Source of the DNA: an uncultured Actinomycetes bacterium
Lineage (GTDB): Bacteria > Actinomycetota > Thermoleophilia > UBA2241
NCBI GenBank assembly: GCA_963755025.1
Contig: CAVWIH010000028.1
Span: forward strand, 91,944-155,943
DNA: 64,000 nucleotides
Reading direction: 5' to 3'
Below are positions 1 to 9,961 of the stretch, piece after piece (position 1 is the first letter of the stretch; each line of letters begins with the position of its first letter). A program made the position numbers and the translations under genes. Below the pieces are notes generated by a model. That model worked only from the letters and a program-made list of their open reading frames with translations. It had not been told where the DNA came from and did not search any database.

Positions 1-669
1 CTGTTCGGCCTCGTCATCCACCAGCTCCGCAAGCCGGGCGCGCCGTTCGTCTTCGGCATGGGCCCGGTCAAGATCGACATGACCACCGTGCAGGCCCTCT
101 ACAACTCGGCCGAGTACTACACGACCATCCTCGGCATCTGCGAGATGGCCAAGTGGCTCGACCTGCCGAACTGGGGCTACGCCGGCTCGAGCGACTCGCA
201 CGTGGTCGACGCGCAGGCCGGCATGGACGCCGCCGAGCTCACCCTGCTCTCCATGCAGGCCGGCTCCAACCTGAACCACGACATCGGCTACCTGGCGTTC
301 GGCCTGATCGGCGCCCTCGAGCTGGTCGTCATCACCGACGAGATCATCTCGCTGAACCGCCGCACCCTCGAGGGCATCGAGGTCAGCCCCGAGACCCTCG
401 GCGTCGAGGTCATCGCCAAGGTCGGTCCGGGCGGCGAGTTCCTGCGCGAGAAGCACACCGCCAAGTACGTCCGCACCCAGCAGTGGATGCCCACCATGCT
501 CAACCGCAAGACGCGCGAGAACTGGAAGGCCGACGGCGCCCCCGACCTGCGCGAGCGCGCCCGTCGCAAGGCCCTCGCCATTCTCGCCGACCACAAGCCC
601 GAGCCGATCGCCCCCGCCACCATGGCGAAGGTCGACCAGCTCACCGACGGCTACCAGCCGGCTCCGTGA
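1..669 (+). CDS. Trimethylamine methyltransferase (MttB/MtgB superfamily), 5'-partial, non-pyrrolysine
   Basis: Frame is open from base 1 (LFGLVIHQLRKPGAPFVFG). Motifs SDSHVVDAQAG, NLNHDIGYL, VGPGGEFLREKHT. Lies upstream of a corrinoid protein. Confidence 0.9.
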   Translation: MFGLVIHQLRKPGAPFVFGMGPVKIDMTTVQALYNSAEYYTTILGICEMAKWLDLPNWGYAGSSDSHVVDAQAGMDAAELTLLSMQAGSNLNHDIGYLAFGLIGALELVVITDEIISLNRRTLEGIEVSPETLGVEVIAKVGPGGEFLREKHTAKYVRTQQWMPTMLNRKTRENWKADGAPDLRERARRKALAILADHKPEPIAPATMAKVDQLTDGYQPAP

Positions 670-739
670 GGCAGGCGCACCCTGAAGAGCGGCCGCCCGT
701 AGCCCGGCCGGCCGCATGGGCTGCGGGGACGGCGGCGCT

Positions 740-2125
740 GTGATCAGCGCCGCCGGCCTCGACGCCATCCACGAGGGTGCGCTGCGTCTGCTGCGCGAGG
801 TCGGCTGCGCCGTCCTCGAACCCGAGGCGCTCGCCCTGCTCGCCGCCCACGGCGCCGCCGTCGACGGCGTCCGCGTGCGCATCGGCGAGGAGCTCGTCGC
901 CACCGCGCTCGCGACGGCGCCGGCCGGCTACACGGTAGCCGGCCGGCGCCCCGCGCGCGACCGCCGCGTGGGCGCCGGCGCCGACCCCGTGCTCGGCCAC
1001 CGCTTCGGGTCCCGCCTTCGTGCTCGACGCACGGCGAGCGCCGCCACGGCACGCTCGCCGACGTGCGCGACGCGGTGGCCCTCACCCACCAGCTCGCCAA
1101 CCTCGACGTCTACGCCCTCGCAATCGAGGCGCTCGACGTGCCCGAGGAGCGCCGCCCGCAGACCATCGCTCACGCCACCGTCACCGGCACCGGCAAGCCG
1201 TCGCGCGTCGACGTCACGACCGCGCTCGAGCTGCAGGTGGCGCTCGACGTCGCCGAGATCCTCTACGGGGCCGGCTGGCACGACCGGCCGCGCCTCTGGA
1301 CGGTCATCAACACGACCTCGCCGCTGCAGCTCTCGGCCGACGCCGGCCGTTCGCTGCTGCGCCTGGCGCGCCTTGGCCAGCCAGTCTGCCTGACCGTGTG
1401 CGCCATGGCCGGCACCACGGCGCCGCTCACGCTGGCCGGGCTGCTCGACCGTGCAGCACGCCGAGCTGCTCCTGGGGCTCGTGCTCACCCAGCTCGCCCA
1501 GCCGGGCTGCCCGTTCCTCTACGGGGGCACTTCGTCGGTGTCGTCCATGCGCAGCGGCGCGCTGCTCATGGGCGTTCCCGAGTACTGGGCCGTGGTCGAG
1601 GCGACGGTCGCCCTGGGTCACCGGCTGGGCCTGCCGGTGCGCACCGGCGGCGCCCTCACCGATGCCCACGTGACCGACGCGCAGGCCGGCGCCGAGTCGG
1701 CTCTCGGCCTCGAGGCAGCCCTGCGGGCGGGAGCCGACTTCGTGCTGCACGCCGGCGGCATCCTGTCGTCGTTCAACTGCTTTTCGACCGCCAAGCTCGT
1801 GCTCGACGACGAGCTGCTCGGCGCCCTGCGCCGCGCGCGCCGGCCGATCATGGTCGACGCCGACACCCTGGCGCTCGACGTCGTGGCCGCCGCCGGCCCC
1901 GGCGGCTCGCTGCTGGGCCAGGCCCACACCCGCCGTCACGCGCGCGACGTCGCTCCCGACGGCCTCATGAACCGCGACCCCTACGAGACCTGGGTGGCGC
2001 ACGGCAGCCGCGACCTGGCCACCAGGGCCGACGCGCGGGTCGCCGAGCTGCTGGCCGCCTACACCCCGCCCGACGACTTGGACGAAGTCACCGCGCGGCA
2101 GCTCAGGGAGTACTGTTTGGCTTAA
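740..2125 (+). CDS. Second MttB-superfamily methyltransferase (about 3 apparent indels near 1000, 1030 and 1450)
   Basis: Pieces in ORFs 716, 1020, 1063 and 1451: LDAIHEGALRLLREVG, INTTSPLQL, MAGTTAPLTLAG, LPVRTGGALTDAHVTDAQAGAES, GPGGSLLGQAHT. Confidence 0.85.
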
Positions 2126-2253
2126 GCGAGCGGCGTGCGCACGAGACGCCCCCGACGCCGGCTTGCCGCCGCCGCGCTCCCGGTCCGCGCCGGACACCAC
2201 GTGGAGAATCACAGAAAAGGACTACGAAGAGGCTTCTCTTCAAGGAGGACAAC

Positions 2254-2904
2254 GTGACCGACGAACTCTACTCTCAGATGGCCCAGTCAGTGATCGACGG
2301 CGAAGACGACACCGCCGCCGCGCTGGCCCAGAAGGGCCTCGACGCCGGCCTCTCGGCCGCCGACATCCTCGACAAGGGCTTCGTCAAGGGCATCGAGCAC
2401 GTCGGCGAGCTCTTCGGCAAGGGCGAGTTCTTCCTGCCCGAGCTGGTGCAGGGCGCCGAGGCCATGAAGGCCGCCGTGGCCGTCCTGCAGCCCGCCCTCG
2501 ACGCCTCCAAAGAAGGCCGCAAGGCGACCGGCATCGCCGTGGCCGGCACCGTGGCCGGCGACATCCACGAGATCGGCAAGACCATCGTCTGCTCCATGCT
2601 CTCAGCGGCCGGCTTCGAGGTCACCGACGTGGGCTGCGACGTGGCCCCCGAGACCTTCGTCGCCAAGTGCGAAGAGGTCAAGCCCAACCTCCTGCTGCTC
2701 TCCGCCCTGCTGACCACCACCATGCCCAACCAGGCAAAGACCATCGAGGCCCTGAAGGCCGCCGGTCTGCGCGACTCCATCAAGGTCATGATCGGCGGCG
2801 CCCCCACGACGCGCGCCTGGGCCGACGAGATCGGCGCCGACGGCTACGCCGAAGACGCCATCGAGGCCGTAGCGGCCGCCAAGACCCTGCTGGGCGTGGC
2901 CTAA
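2254..2904 (+). CDS. Methyltransferase cognate corrinoid (B12-binding) protein, MttC-like
   Basis: AAGGAGG RBS at 2242-2248, then GTG. B12 motif GTVAGDIHEIGK...LSALLTTTM...MIGGAP...IGADGYAEDA. Confidence 0.95.
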   Translation: MTDELYSQMAQSVIDGEDDTAAALAQKGLDAGLSAADILDKGFVKGIEHVGELFGKGEFFLPELVQGAEAMKAAVAVLQPALDASKEGRKATGIAVAGTVAGDIHEIGKTIVCSMLSAAGFEVTDVGCDVAPETFVAKCEEVKPNLLLLSALLTTTMPNQAKTIEALKAAGLRDSIKVMIGGAPTTRAWADEIGADGYAEDAIEAVAAAKTLLGVA

Positions 2905-2954
2905 GGGTCGACCGAGCTCTGCCCACTCGTGGGCAGACCCGTGGCAACGCTTGG

Positions 2955-2989
2955 GGGGCGGGCGGCGCGCAAGGCGCGCCGCCCGCCCC
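2955..2989 (+). terminator. GC-rich hairpin after the corrinoid gene
   Basis: 16-bp perfect stem GGGGCGGGCGGCGCGC-AAG-GCGCGCCGCCCGCCCC. No U-tract. Confidence 0.6.
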
Positions 2990-3068
2990 GCCGACTTCGG
3001 TCCACGACCCCGACGGGCTACCAGCGAGGTGAGCAAAACATGGCCGACCGGCGTAGACTTCAGGCGCG

Positions 3069-4364
3069 ATGAGTGACCGTAGCGACATGCGCGCGCGCCT
3101 GCGCATCCAGCCCGCCGACGTCGAGGCCGTCAACGCCTTTCTGGCGAGCCCCGACAACCCCTTTGTCGACAGCCTGCTCGACGTCGTCGACAAGTACGGC
3201 GGGGTCGATCAGATCAACCGCGCGGCCGACGAAGCCGGCAAGCTCGAGAACCGCTTGGCGCGGCTGCGCGATGAACGCTCGCCCTACCTTGCCGGCGTCG
3301 AGTGGCTCGCCGAGCAGCGTGATGCCGGGGCCTTCGTCCGCCTGTCCGACTACCGCCGCGAGGTCCTGGGGTCCGACGCCGAGACCGCAGCCGCGGGCGA
3401 CGCACGGGCGGCGGCCGACGCAAGCGCCGACGTCAACGCCGTCACCCTCGAGATCAGCGCCCTGCAGTTCTTCCCCTGGCTCATGGCCGAGGCGCGCCAG
3501 GCCATCGAGAAGCGCGAGCTCATGCCCGGGCGCTTCATCCGCGAGCGCAACATGGCCGAGCAGTCTCGGCCGGGCGGCGACCTGCTGGCCGTCTGCGCGG
3601 CCATGCAGGTGATCGGCGCGAGCCACGTCGAGAGTCTCGACACGCGCGGCATCGACGGCGCCAACCTCATGGTCGGCCTCGAGACGATCGCCGGCTACTT
3701 TGGCGGCATCGGCGAGCCCAACGAGCACGTGCTGCACTGGGTCGACGAGTACCTGCACTACCTCACCGACTACGGTGTGCGCGAGGTGCTCAACTTCAAC
3801 ATCGGCACCATCCTGGCGGCCTTCGTGCTGCGCAAGCTCGGCGTGCACAACCAGTTCAAGGTCTCGGTCTTCATGGGCATCGACAACCCCTGGTCGGTCT
3901 TCTGGCTGCTCATGGGCGCGCGCCTGCTGGGCGACGACGGCGCCACCAGCCTGAGCGGCATCAACTTCTCGAACTCGGCCGACTCCGAGACCCTGCGCGC
4001 CGCCTCGGCGGTGCGCGAGTCGCTCGGCCTGCGCGAGGCGGTGCGGTTCGAGCACCACGTCACCGAGGCCTACAAGTCGATCGTGCGCCAGCCCTACGAG
4101 CGCCGCACCGAGGTCGTCGAGATCGCCGCCGACGTGCCCAACATCTCCGCCGAGCACGAAGGCGGCGACCCCGCCGTCGAAGCCACTCGCAAGCACCGCA
4201 GCGACATCCTCGACTACTTCATCTCAGAGAACGTGATCGAGGCGGCGGGCGCCATGGAGGCCCTCGAGCGCAATTACCTGGACAAGCACGCCGCGCTCAA
4301 CCACACCGCCGCCGACCTCATTCGTGCGGGCATCGGCGTCAAACCGGCCTCGCTGCTGCACTAG
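3069..4364 (+). CDS. Hypothetical protein (431 aa)
   Basis: Long ORF with host-like codon use and globular composition. No family recognised. Confidence 0.8.
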   Translation: MSDRSDMRARLRIQPADVEAVNAFLASPDNPFVDSLLDVVDKYGGVDQINRAADEAGKLENRLARLRDERSPYLAGVEWLAEQRDAGAFVRLSDYRREVLGSDAETAAAGDARAAADASADVNAVTLEISALQFFPWLMAEARQAIEKRELMPGRFIRERNMAEQSRPGGDLLAVCAAMQVIGASHVESLDTRGIDGANLMVGLETIAGYFGGIGEPNEHVLHWVDEYLHYLTDYGVREVLNFNIGTILAAFVLRKLGVHNQFKVSVFMGIDNPWSVFWLLMGARLLGDDGATSLSGINFSNSADSETLRAASAVRESLGLREAVRFEHHVTEAYKSIVRQPYERRTEVVEIAADVPNISAEHEGGDPAVEATRKHRSDILDYFISENVIEAAGAMEALERNYLDKHAALNHTAADLIRAGIGVKPASLLH

Positions 4365-4408
4365 GCGCGCAACGAAGTCGCGCACGCCTGAGCGGCGACG
4401 ACGAAGTC
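4361..4408 (+). repeat. Single partial copy of the 58-bp CTAG-initiated repeat also found at 26298-26479
   Basis: CTAGGCGCGCAACGAAGTCGCGCACGCCTGAGCGGCGACGACGAAGTC matches unit positions 1-48 of the array. Confidence 0.85.
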
Positions 4409-4460
4409 GATTGCCGGAGCAGGCGCCCAACGGCGACCGCCGAGGATACGGAGTGACCCG

Positions 4461-5237
4461 ATGACCGAGCCCACCGACCACATCGCCCGCAACCGCGCCG
4501 CGTGGAACGACTGGGCCGTGCGGTTCGTCGCGCCCGGCGAGCGTAACTGGGCTACCAGCGAACCCAACTGGGGCATCTGGGGCGTGCCCGAGACCGCGCT
4601 GCACGTGCTGCCCGACGAGCTCGCCGGCCTCGACGCTGTCGAGCTCGGCTGCGGCACGGCCTACGTGTCGGCCTGGCTGGCGCGCCGCGGCGCGCGGCCC
4701 GTGGGCATCGACCTGTCGAGCGAGCAGCTCGCCACCGCGCGCCGCCTGCAGCAGCGCCACAGCCTGTCGTTCCCCTTGCACGAGGGCAGCGCCGAGCACC
4801 TGCCCTTCGCCGACGAGAGCTTCGACCTGGCGATCTCCGAATACGGCGCCTGCCTGTGGGCCGACCCTCGCCTGTGGGTGCCCGAAGCCGCCCGCGTGCT
4901 GCGCCCCGGCGGGCGGCTCATCTTTCTGACCAACGGCACGATCCTCATGCTCTGCCTGCGCGACGACGTCGACGAGCTGCCTGCCGACCGTCTGGTGCGC
5001 GACTACTTCGGCATGTACCGCTTCGAGTGGACCGGCGCTCCCGAGGTCGAGTTCCACCTGGGCTACGGCGACTGGATCCGCTTGCTGCGCGACAATGGCT
5101 TCGAGGTCGAGGACCTGCTCGAGGTGCGTCCGCCCGCCGACGCCGAGCCCACCCCGCCCTTCGACGACATCGTCGCCCTCGAGTGGGCGCGGCGCTGGCC
5201 GTGCGAAGAGGTCTGGAAGGCGCGCAAGCGCGCCTGA
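4461..5237 (+). CDS. Class I SAM-dependent methyltransferase
   Basis: AVELGCGTAY motif I; AEHLPFADESFDL; ARVLRPGGRLIF. Confidence 0.92.
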   Translation: MTEPTDHIARNRAAWNDWAVRFVAPGERNWATSEPNWGIWGVPETALHVLPDELAGLDAVELGCGTAYVSAWLARRGARPVGIDLSSEQLATARRLQQRHSLSFPLHEGSAEHLPFADESFDLAISEYGACLWADPRLWVPEAARVLRPGGRLIFLTNGTILMLCLRDDVDELPADRLVRDYFGMYRFEWTGAPEVEFHLGYGDWIRLLRDNGFEVEDLLEVRPPADAEPTPPFDDIVALEWARRWPCEEVWKARKRA

Positions 5238-5278
5238 GGCGGGGCGCCGGGCGTACGCGCGGCGCGCACGTGCCGGCT

Positions 5279-6178
5279 TTACGACAGCCGGCGTCCGGGG
5301 TTGCCCACCCAGGTCTCGCCCGCAGCCACGTCGGCGCGGATCATGGCGCCCATGCCGATCACCGCGTCGTCGCCGACCGTGACCCCGTTGGCGATGGCGG
5401 CGCTCTGCCATACCACGACGCGGCTGCCGAGGCGCACGCCGCCGCCGATCTGGGCGTGGCCGGCGATGAGGCAGTCTTCGCCGATGTCGGCGTTGTGACC
5501 CACGTTGACGTGAGGGCCTACCTTGGCGCCGCGCCGCACGATCGTGTCGCCGATGGCGCCGCGCTGGATCATGGCCTGTGCGGCCACGTGCACGTCGTCT
5601 TCGAGGACCACTCCGCCGAGCTGCGGGAACGGCACGAGGCGGTCGCGCTCGTCGCGCTCGTAGCCCATGCCCGAGCAGCCGATCGTCGCCAGGGGCTCTA
5701 TGCGCACATCACGGCCGACGGCGGCGTTCCTGACCCAGGCGCGGCCGTCGTCGACCGCCAGGGCGCTGGCCGGGTCGGCGTACACGGCCGGGCGGTCGGC
5801 CGCCAGGTGGGCGAAGAAGCGCCCCAGCACCAGCGCCATGGCCAGGCGTGGCCGCCGGCAGACGACGACCACGGGGGCGGCAGGGTGCTCGCCCGGCTCG
5901 GCGGTGGCCGGTGCGCCGCCCGGCCTGGCCGGTCGCCGGCGCGACGAGCCTTCGGCCGCCTCGGGCGCGCAGATGAGCAGCGAACCGTGAAAATGAGCCG
6001 CCGCGCCGGGGCGTCGTGACCAGGCGAGGTCGCCGGTCGTGGCCTGCGTGTCGGTGGCGACGGCGCTGATCGGCGCGCCGCCGGACGGCGCGCCGATCAG
6101 CGCCTCGACCATGCCGAGCTCGCGCAGGTGCCCGACGATCTCGCCGACACCGACGCCGACCGCTGGGTCGGGGCTCAT
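5279..6178 (-). CDS. Hexapeptide-repeat (LpxD-like) acyltransferase
   Basis: TIGCSGMGY, PQLGGVVLEDDV, IQRGAIGDT, VGHNADIG: left-handed beta-helix repeats. Confidence 0.85.
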   Translation of the reverse strand: MSPDPAVGVGVGEIVGHLRELGMVEALIGAPSGGAPISAVATDTQATTGDLAWSRRPGAAAHFHGSLLICAPEAAEGSSRRRPARPGGAPATAEPGEHPAAPVVVVCRRPRLAMALVLGRFFAHLAADRPAVYADPASALAVDDGRAWVRNAAVGRDVRIEPLATIGCSGMGYERDERDRLVPFPQLGGVVLEDDVHVAAQAMIQRGAIGDTIVRRGAKVGPHVNVGHNADIGEDCLIAGHAQIGGGVRLGSRVVVWQSAAIANGVTVGDDAVIGMGAMIRADVAAGETWVGNPGRRLS

Positions 6179-6252
6179 CGCTGCCGCACCGGCGTCACGT
6201 CGGCCCCGGGCTCATCGCTGCCGGTCCAGTCTCGCCGCCTGCGCGCGCGAGC

Positions 6253-6969
6253 CTATTGCCGGGCCGCCGCGAAGGGCAGGTACTTGCGCAGCAGCTCGGG
6301 GTCGAACTGGTGCGCCACGTAGTCGTCGGGGACGTCGATGTAGAAGGGGTTGTCGGGCGTGAGCACCGACTGCAGCGTGGCGTAGGGCTGGGGATTGTTG
6401 TAGTAGACCCCGTGCGGCGTGGCGAGGTCGACCACGACCTGCGAGCCGTAGCCCACGATCGAGCCGGGGGAGACGGTCACCCCGGCGCTCGTGTTGGTGC
6501 GGCTGCCGATGATCGAGCCGTAGCCGTACCGCGTGACGAGCTGGGCCTTGGGAGCGCGCGGCCGGCCGTGATAGACGTTCTTGGTGTGCGAGCTCATGAT
6601 GCCGGCGGCGATGAAGCACCAGTCGTCGACGATGACCGATTTCGAGATGCACGAGCCGGTGCGCACGCGCACGTGGTTGCCGAGCAGCGCGATGCCGGTC
6701 GTGACGCAGTCGTCGGCGATCTCGACGTCGTTCAGCACGCGGGTGCCCGAGGCGAGGTGCACGCGGTGGCCGAGCTTGACGTCGTCACCGACCACGACGT
6801 CGGCGTCGATGATGCACTGCAGGCCGTGCTCGAAGCCGGCGCCGTGCACGAAGTCTTTGGCGATGTACGAGCCGCTGGGCGCGTGAAAGGTGTAAGCGTC
6901 GAAGTCCAAGATGCCTCGCTTTCGCTGGTGCGGTGGCTGCGAACCTGGCAGGACAGCCTCAAGGGTCAC
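6253..6969 (-). CDS. Hexapeptide-repeat acyltransferase
   Basis: IIDADVVVGDDVKLG, YGYGSIIGS, AGVTVSPGSIVGYGS. Confidence 0.8.
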   Translation of the reverse strand: MTLEAVLPGSQPPHQRKRGILDFDAYTFHAPSGSYIAKDFVHGAGFEHGLQCIIDADVVVGDDVKLGHRVHLASGTRVLNDVEIADDCVTTGIALLGNHVRVRTGSCISKSVIVDDWCFIAAGIMSSHTKNVYHGRPRAPKAQLVTRYGYGSIIGSRTNTSAGVTVSPGSIVGYGSQVVVDLATPHGVYYNNPQPYATLQSVLTPDNPFYIDVPDDYVAHQFDPELLRKYLPFAAARQ

Positions 6970-7014
6970 ATACTACCGCACGAAAACCCCGCGCAAGCAC
7001 TGGGCCTGCGCCCG

Positions 7015-7326
7015 TTAGCGGTCGGGCGCCTCGGCCTCGACGGGATCGAGCGAGCGCTGCGCTTCGTGCTTGGTGACGTCGATGATGTGGCGGTAGAGCT
7101 CGGCGAGGGCGTCGCCCGAGAGAGGACCGTTGTTGGCGCGTGTGACGTAGGTCAGCAGCCAGTCCTCGCGGGCCGGCTCGTAGGTGTCCATCTCCTGCTG
7201 GCGTTTGTACTCCCAGAGCTGGGTGACCAGCTTGACGCGCTTGTTGAGCAGCTCGACGAGCTTGAGGTCGTTGTCGGAGATCTTCTCGCGGAACTGCTTG
7301 ATGACGGGGTCGTTCTCGGCGGCCAT
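7015..7326 (-). CDS. Chorismate mutase (AroQ/type II)
   Basis: REKISDNDLKLVELLNKR...K...EPARE pattern. Confidence 0.85.
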   Translation of the reverse strand: MAAENDPVIKQFREKISDNDLKLVELLNKRVKLVTQLWEYKRQQEMDTYEPAREDWLLTYVTRANNGPLSGDALAELYRHIIDVTKHEAQRSLDPVEAEAPDR

Positions 7327-7401
7327 GGCTCTCTTTTCGGACGGTCGCGCGGCGTGCGCGGGTTTTTAGCGGCTTGCTAGCGGCTTGCGGTCCGGCGCGG
7401 G

Positions 7402-7971
7402 CTATTCGTCGTCGTCGAGCTCGTCTTCTTCTTCTTCTTCTTCTTCGTCTTCTTCAGCTGGGCCCTCGATGTCGCCGGGTTCGGCGCGAAAGTCGTCGGG
7501 CGTCACCTGGTCCAGGAAGTCGCGGAACCGCTCGACGATCTCTTCGGTGTCGTCGACCTCGTGTTCGAACTCGATGGCGTTCTCTTCGATCAGGTCTTCG
7601 GCGGCGAAGATGGGGGCGTCGGTGCGCACCGCGAGGGCGAGCGCGTCGCTGGGTCGCGAGTCGACCTCGATGTCTTCGCCGTCGCGCGAGAGCGTGAGCA
7701 GGGCGTAGAAGGTGTTGTCGCGCAGGGCCGTGACCGTGATGCGCTTGACCTCGGCGTTGAAGTGCTCGATCAGCGAGGTCATGAGGTCGTGCGTCATGGG
7801 CCGCGGCAGCTCGGTGCCCTGCAGCTTGATGAGGATGGCGGCCGCCTCGGGGTGCCCGATCCAGATCGGCAGGAACTTGTTGCCGTCGACCGTCTTGAGC
7901 AAGACGATCGGCTGCTTGCCGATCACGTCGAAGCTCACTCCGTAGATGACCATCTCGTGCACGTCGTCCAT
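7402..7971 (-). CDS. Bifunctional nuclease family protein (DUF151) with acidic tail
   Basis: LPIWIGHPEA, RPMTHDL, DSRPSDALALA. Confidence 0.93.
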   Translation of the reverse strand: MDDVHEMVIYGVSFDVIGKQPIVLLKTVDGNKFLPIWIGHPEAAAILIKLQGTELPRPMTHDLMTSLIEHFNAEVKRITVTALRDNTFYALLTLSRDGEDIEVDSRPSDALALAVRTDAPIFAAEDLIEENAIEFEHEVDDTEEIVERFRDFLDQVTPDDFRAEPGDIEGPAEEDEEEEEEEDELDDDE

Positions 7972-8208
7972 GAACGTAAGTATACGCCGCCTTGCGCGGT
8001 TTCTGACGTGGCCGACCGTCTAGGGACGCCGCCTGTTGCGGGAGCCGCCCGCCTGGTGAGCGGGGTGGGGGCGGGGCCACCGTGACGACCGGCGCGGCAC
8101 GACGCGCGGCGACCGGTCTCAAAGGTCGCGCGGCGCCGTCGGCGGCGTGGTCCTGCGAGCTCGGCGCCGCGGCGTGTGACGGCGCCGCAGGCTCCGCTTC
8201 CGGCCGTC

Positions 8209-8237
8209 TTGACAGCCCTCGACGGCCCCCCTAGACT
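8209..8237 (+). promoter_or_regulatory. Sigma70-type promoter of tRNA-Ile
   Basis: TTGACA (8209-8214), 17-bp spacer, TAGACT (8232-8237), 11 bp before the tRNA. Confidence 0.85.
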
Positions 8238-8248
8238 CGCTTCCCCGT

Positions 8249-8325
8249 GGGCGCATAGCTCAGTTGGTTAGAGCGCGTCTCTGATAAGGACGAGGCCCGT
8301 GGTTCGAATCCACGTGCGCCCACCA
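8249..8325 (+). tRNA. tRNA-Ile(GAT)
   Basis: GGGCGCA/TGCGCCC acceptor, D arm TAGCTCAGTTGGTTAGAGC, anticodon loop CTGATAA, T loop TTCGAAT, encoded CCA; 77 nt. Confidence 0.97.
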
Positions 8326-8399
8326 GTACAGCAGCATCTCCGCACGCCGTTGCGCGCGGGAGAGCGCGCGCGCCGCCCGGCCGGGCGCCCGTCGGGGCG

Positions 8400-9158
8400 C
8401 TACTGGGCGGTCATGGCGCCGTCGGCCACCAGCACGGTGCCGGTCACGAACGACGACTCATCCGAAGCCAGAAAGAGGGCGCAGTTGGCGATCTCGCGGG
8501 GCTCGCCGGGGCGGCCGATGGGCTGGAACGAGTCGATCGTGTCGTAGACGTGCTGCAGGCCGCCGAGCATCTCGGCGTGGGCGTAGTTGACCGGCGTGTC
8601 GACCCAGCCCGGAGCGATCGCGTTGCAACGGATGCCCTTTTTGGCGTAGTCGAGGGCGATGCCCTTGGAGAGCATCACGATGGCGCCCTTCGAGGCGGCG
8701 TAGACGGTGAGGAACGGCTCGGCCACCATGCCGTTCACCGAGGTCGTGTTGATCAGCGAGCCGCTGCCCTGCTCGAGCATGTAGGGGATGGCGTAGCGGC
8801 AGCCGTACATGGTGCCCTTCACATTCACGTTGAGCGTGCGGTCGATGATGTCGTCGGGTACCTCGTGAAAGACGCCCGGCAGGTTCACGCCGGCGTTGTT
8901 GAAGGCGACGTCGAGCCGGCCCCAGCGCTGCACCGTCTCGTCGGTGTAGGCGCGCACCTGGGCCGCGTCGGCGATGTCGGCCTGCACGGCGAAGGCCGCC
9001 GCGCCTATGGCCGTCGCCGTCGCCGCCACCGTGTCGCCGTCGATGTCGACGCAGGTCACTCGCGCGCCCTCTTCGGCGAAGCGGATGGCGCTGGCCCTGC
9101 CGATGCCCGATCCCGCGCCCGTCACGATCGTCACCTTGCCGTCCAGGCGTCCGCTCAT
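8400..9158 (-). CDS. Short-chain dehydrogenase/reductase
   Basis: TGAGSGIG, NNAG, YAASKG; start MSGRLDGK. Confidence 0.93.
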   Translation of the reverse strand: MSGRLDGKVTIVTGAGSGIGRASAIRFAEEGARVTCVDIDGDTVAATATAIGAAAFAVQADIADAAQVRAYTDETVQRWGRLDVAFNNAGVNLPGVFHEVPDDIIDRTLNVNVKGTMYGCRYAIPYMLEQGSGSLINTTSVNGMVAEPFLTVYAASKGAIVMLSKGIALDYAKKGIRCNAIAPGWVDTPVNYAHAEMLGGLQHVYDTIDSFQPIGRPGEPREIANCALFLASDESSFVTGTVLVADGAMTAQ

Positions 9159-9272
9159 GTGGATCCTCTCCCCGTTGTGCGTTCGTAGTGGCTCGTGTGC
9201 GCCGCATCCTACCGCAGCCTCGTGGTATACAGACCGGTGCAGCCGCCGTGCGGCGCAGGCGAAAGGGAGCCC

Positions 9273-9926
9273 ATGGATTTCGACGCGGTCATCTTCGATC
9301 TCGACGGCACACTCGCCGACACCCTCGACGACATCGCCGACGCCATGAACCGCGTGCTTGCCGGGCGAGGGTGCGCCACCCACAGCCCGGCCTCGTACAT
9401 GCTCATGATCGGCAGCGGGCTGCGCAACCTGGTCGGCGAGGCGCTGCCGCCGGAGCTGCGTAACGCCGAGACGGTGGCCGCCTGCCTCGACGAGATGATG
9501 GCGAGCTACCGCGAGCACTGCCTCGACAAGACGCGCCTCTACGACGGCGTTCCCGAGCTCCTCGAGGGGCTGCGAGCGCAGGGCGTCGCCATGGCCGTGC
9601 TCTCCAACAAGGCCGACGAGCTCACGCGGCGCATCGTGGCGGCGCTCTGCGAGCCCGATACCTTTGCGCTGGTCGTGGGCGCCCGCCCCGGCGTGCCCCT
9701 CAAGCCCGACCCGGCCGCGGCCCTCCTGGTGGCCGAGGCGCTCGGCGTAGCGCCCGACCGTATCGCCTACGTCGGTGACTCGGGGGTCGACATGCGCACC
9801 GCGAGCGCGGCCGGCATGATCGCCGTCGGCGTCTCGTGGGGCTTCCGTACCAGCGGCGAGCTGATAGAAGGCGGCGCCCTGGTGGTGCTCGACCACCCCG
9901 GCGAGCTGCTCGCCCCGCACCGTTGA
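9273..9926 (+). CDS. HAD-family hydrolase (phosphoglycolate phosphatase-like)
   Basis: FDLDGTL, SNK, KPDP, YVGDSGVD. Confidence 0.92.
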   Translation: MDFDAVIFDLDGTLADTLDDIADAMNRVLAGRGCATHSPASYMLMIGSGLRNLVGEALPPELRNAETVAACLDEMMASYREHCLDKTRLYDGVPELLEGLRAQGVAMAVLSNKADELTRRIVAALCEPDTFALVVGARPGVPLKPDPAAALLVAEALGVAPDRIAYVGDSGVDMRTASAAGMIAVGVSWGFRTSGELIEGGALVVLDHPGELLAPHR

Positions 9927-9961
9927 GGTGGGGGCGCGGGCGCGGCTCGTGCGCGGCGCCC

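Noticed and set aside
1-2125. Pyrrolysine recoding in the MttB genes
   Set aside because: No in-frame TAG at the Pyl position (Ser and Leu codons instead) and no pyl genes in the window.
1063-2904. Apparent MttB-corrinoid fusion (likewise SelA-SelB 20296..22830 and the long 35047..37125 ORF)
   Set aside because: These come from indels and stop-poor GC-rich frames. The downstream genes have their own starts.
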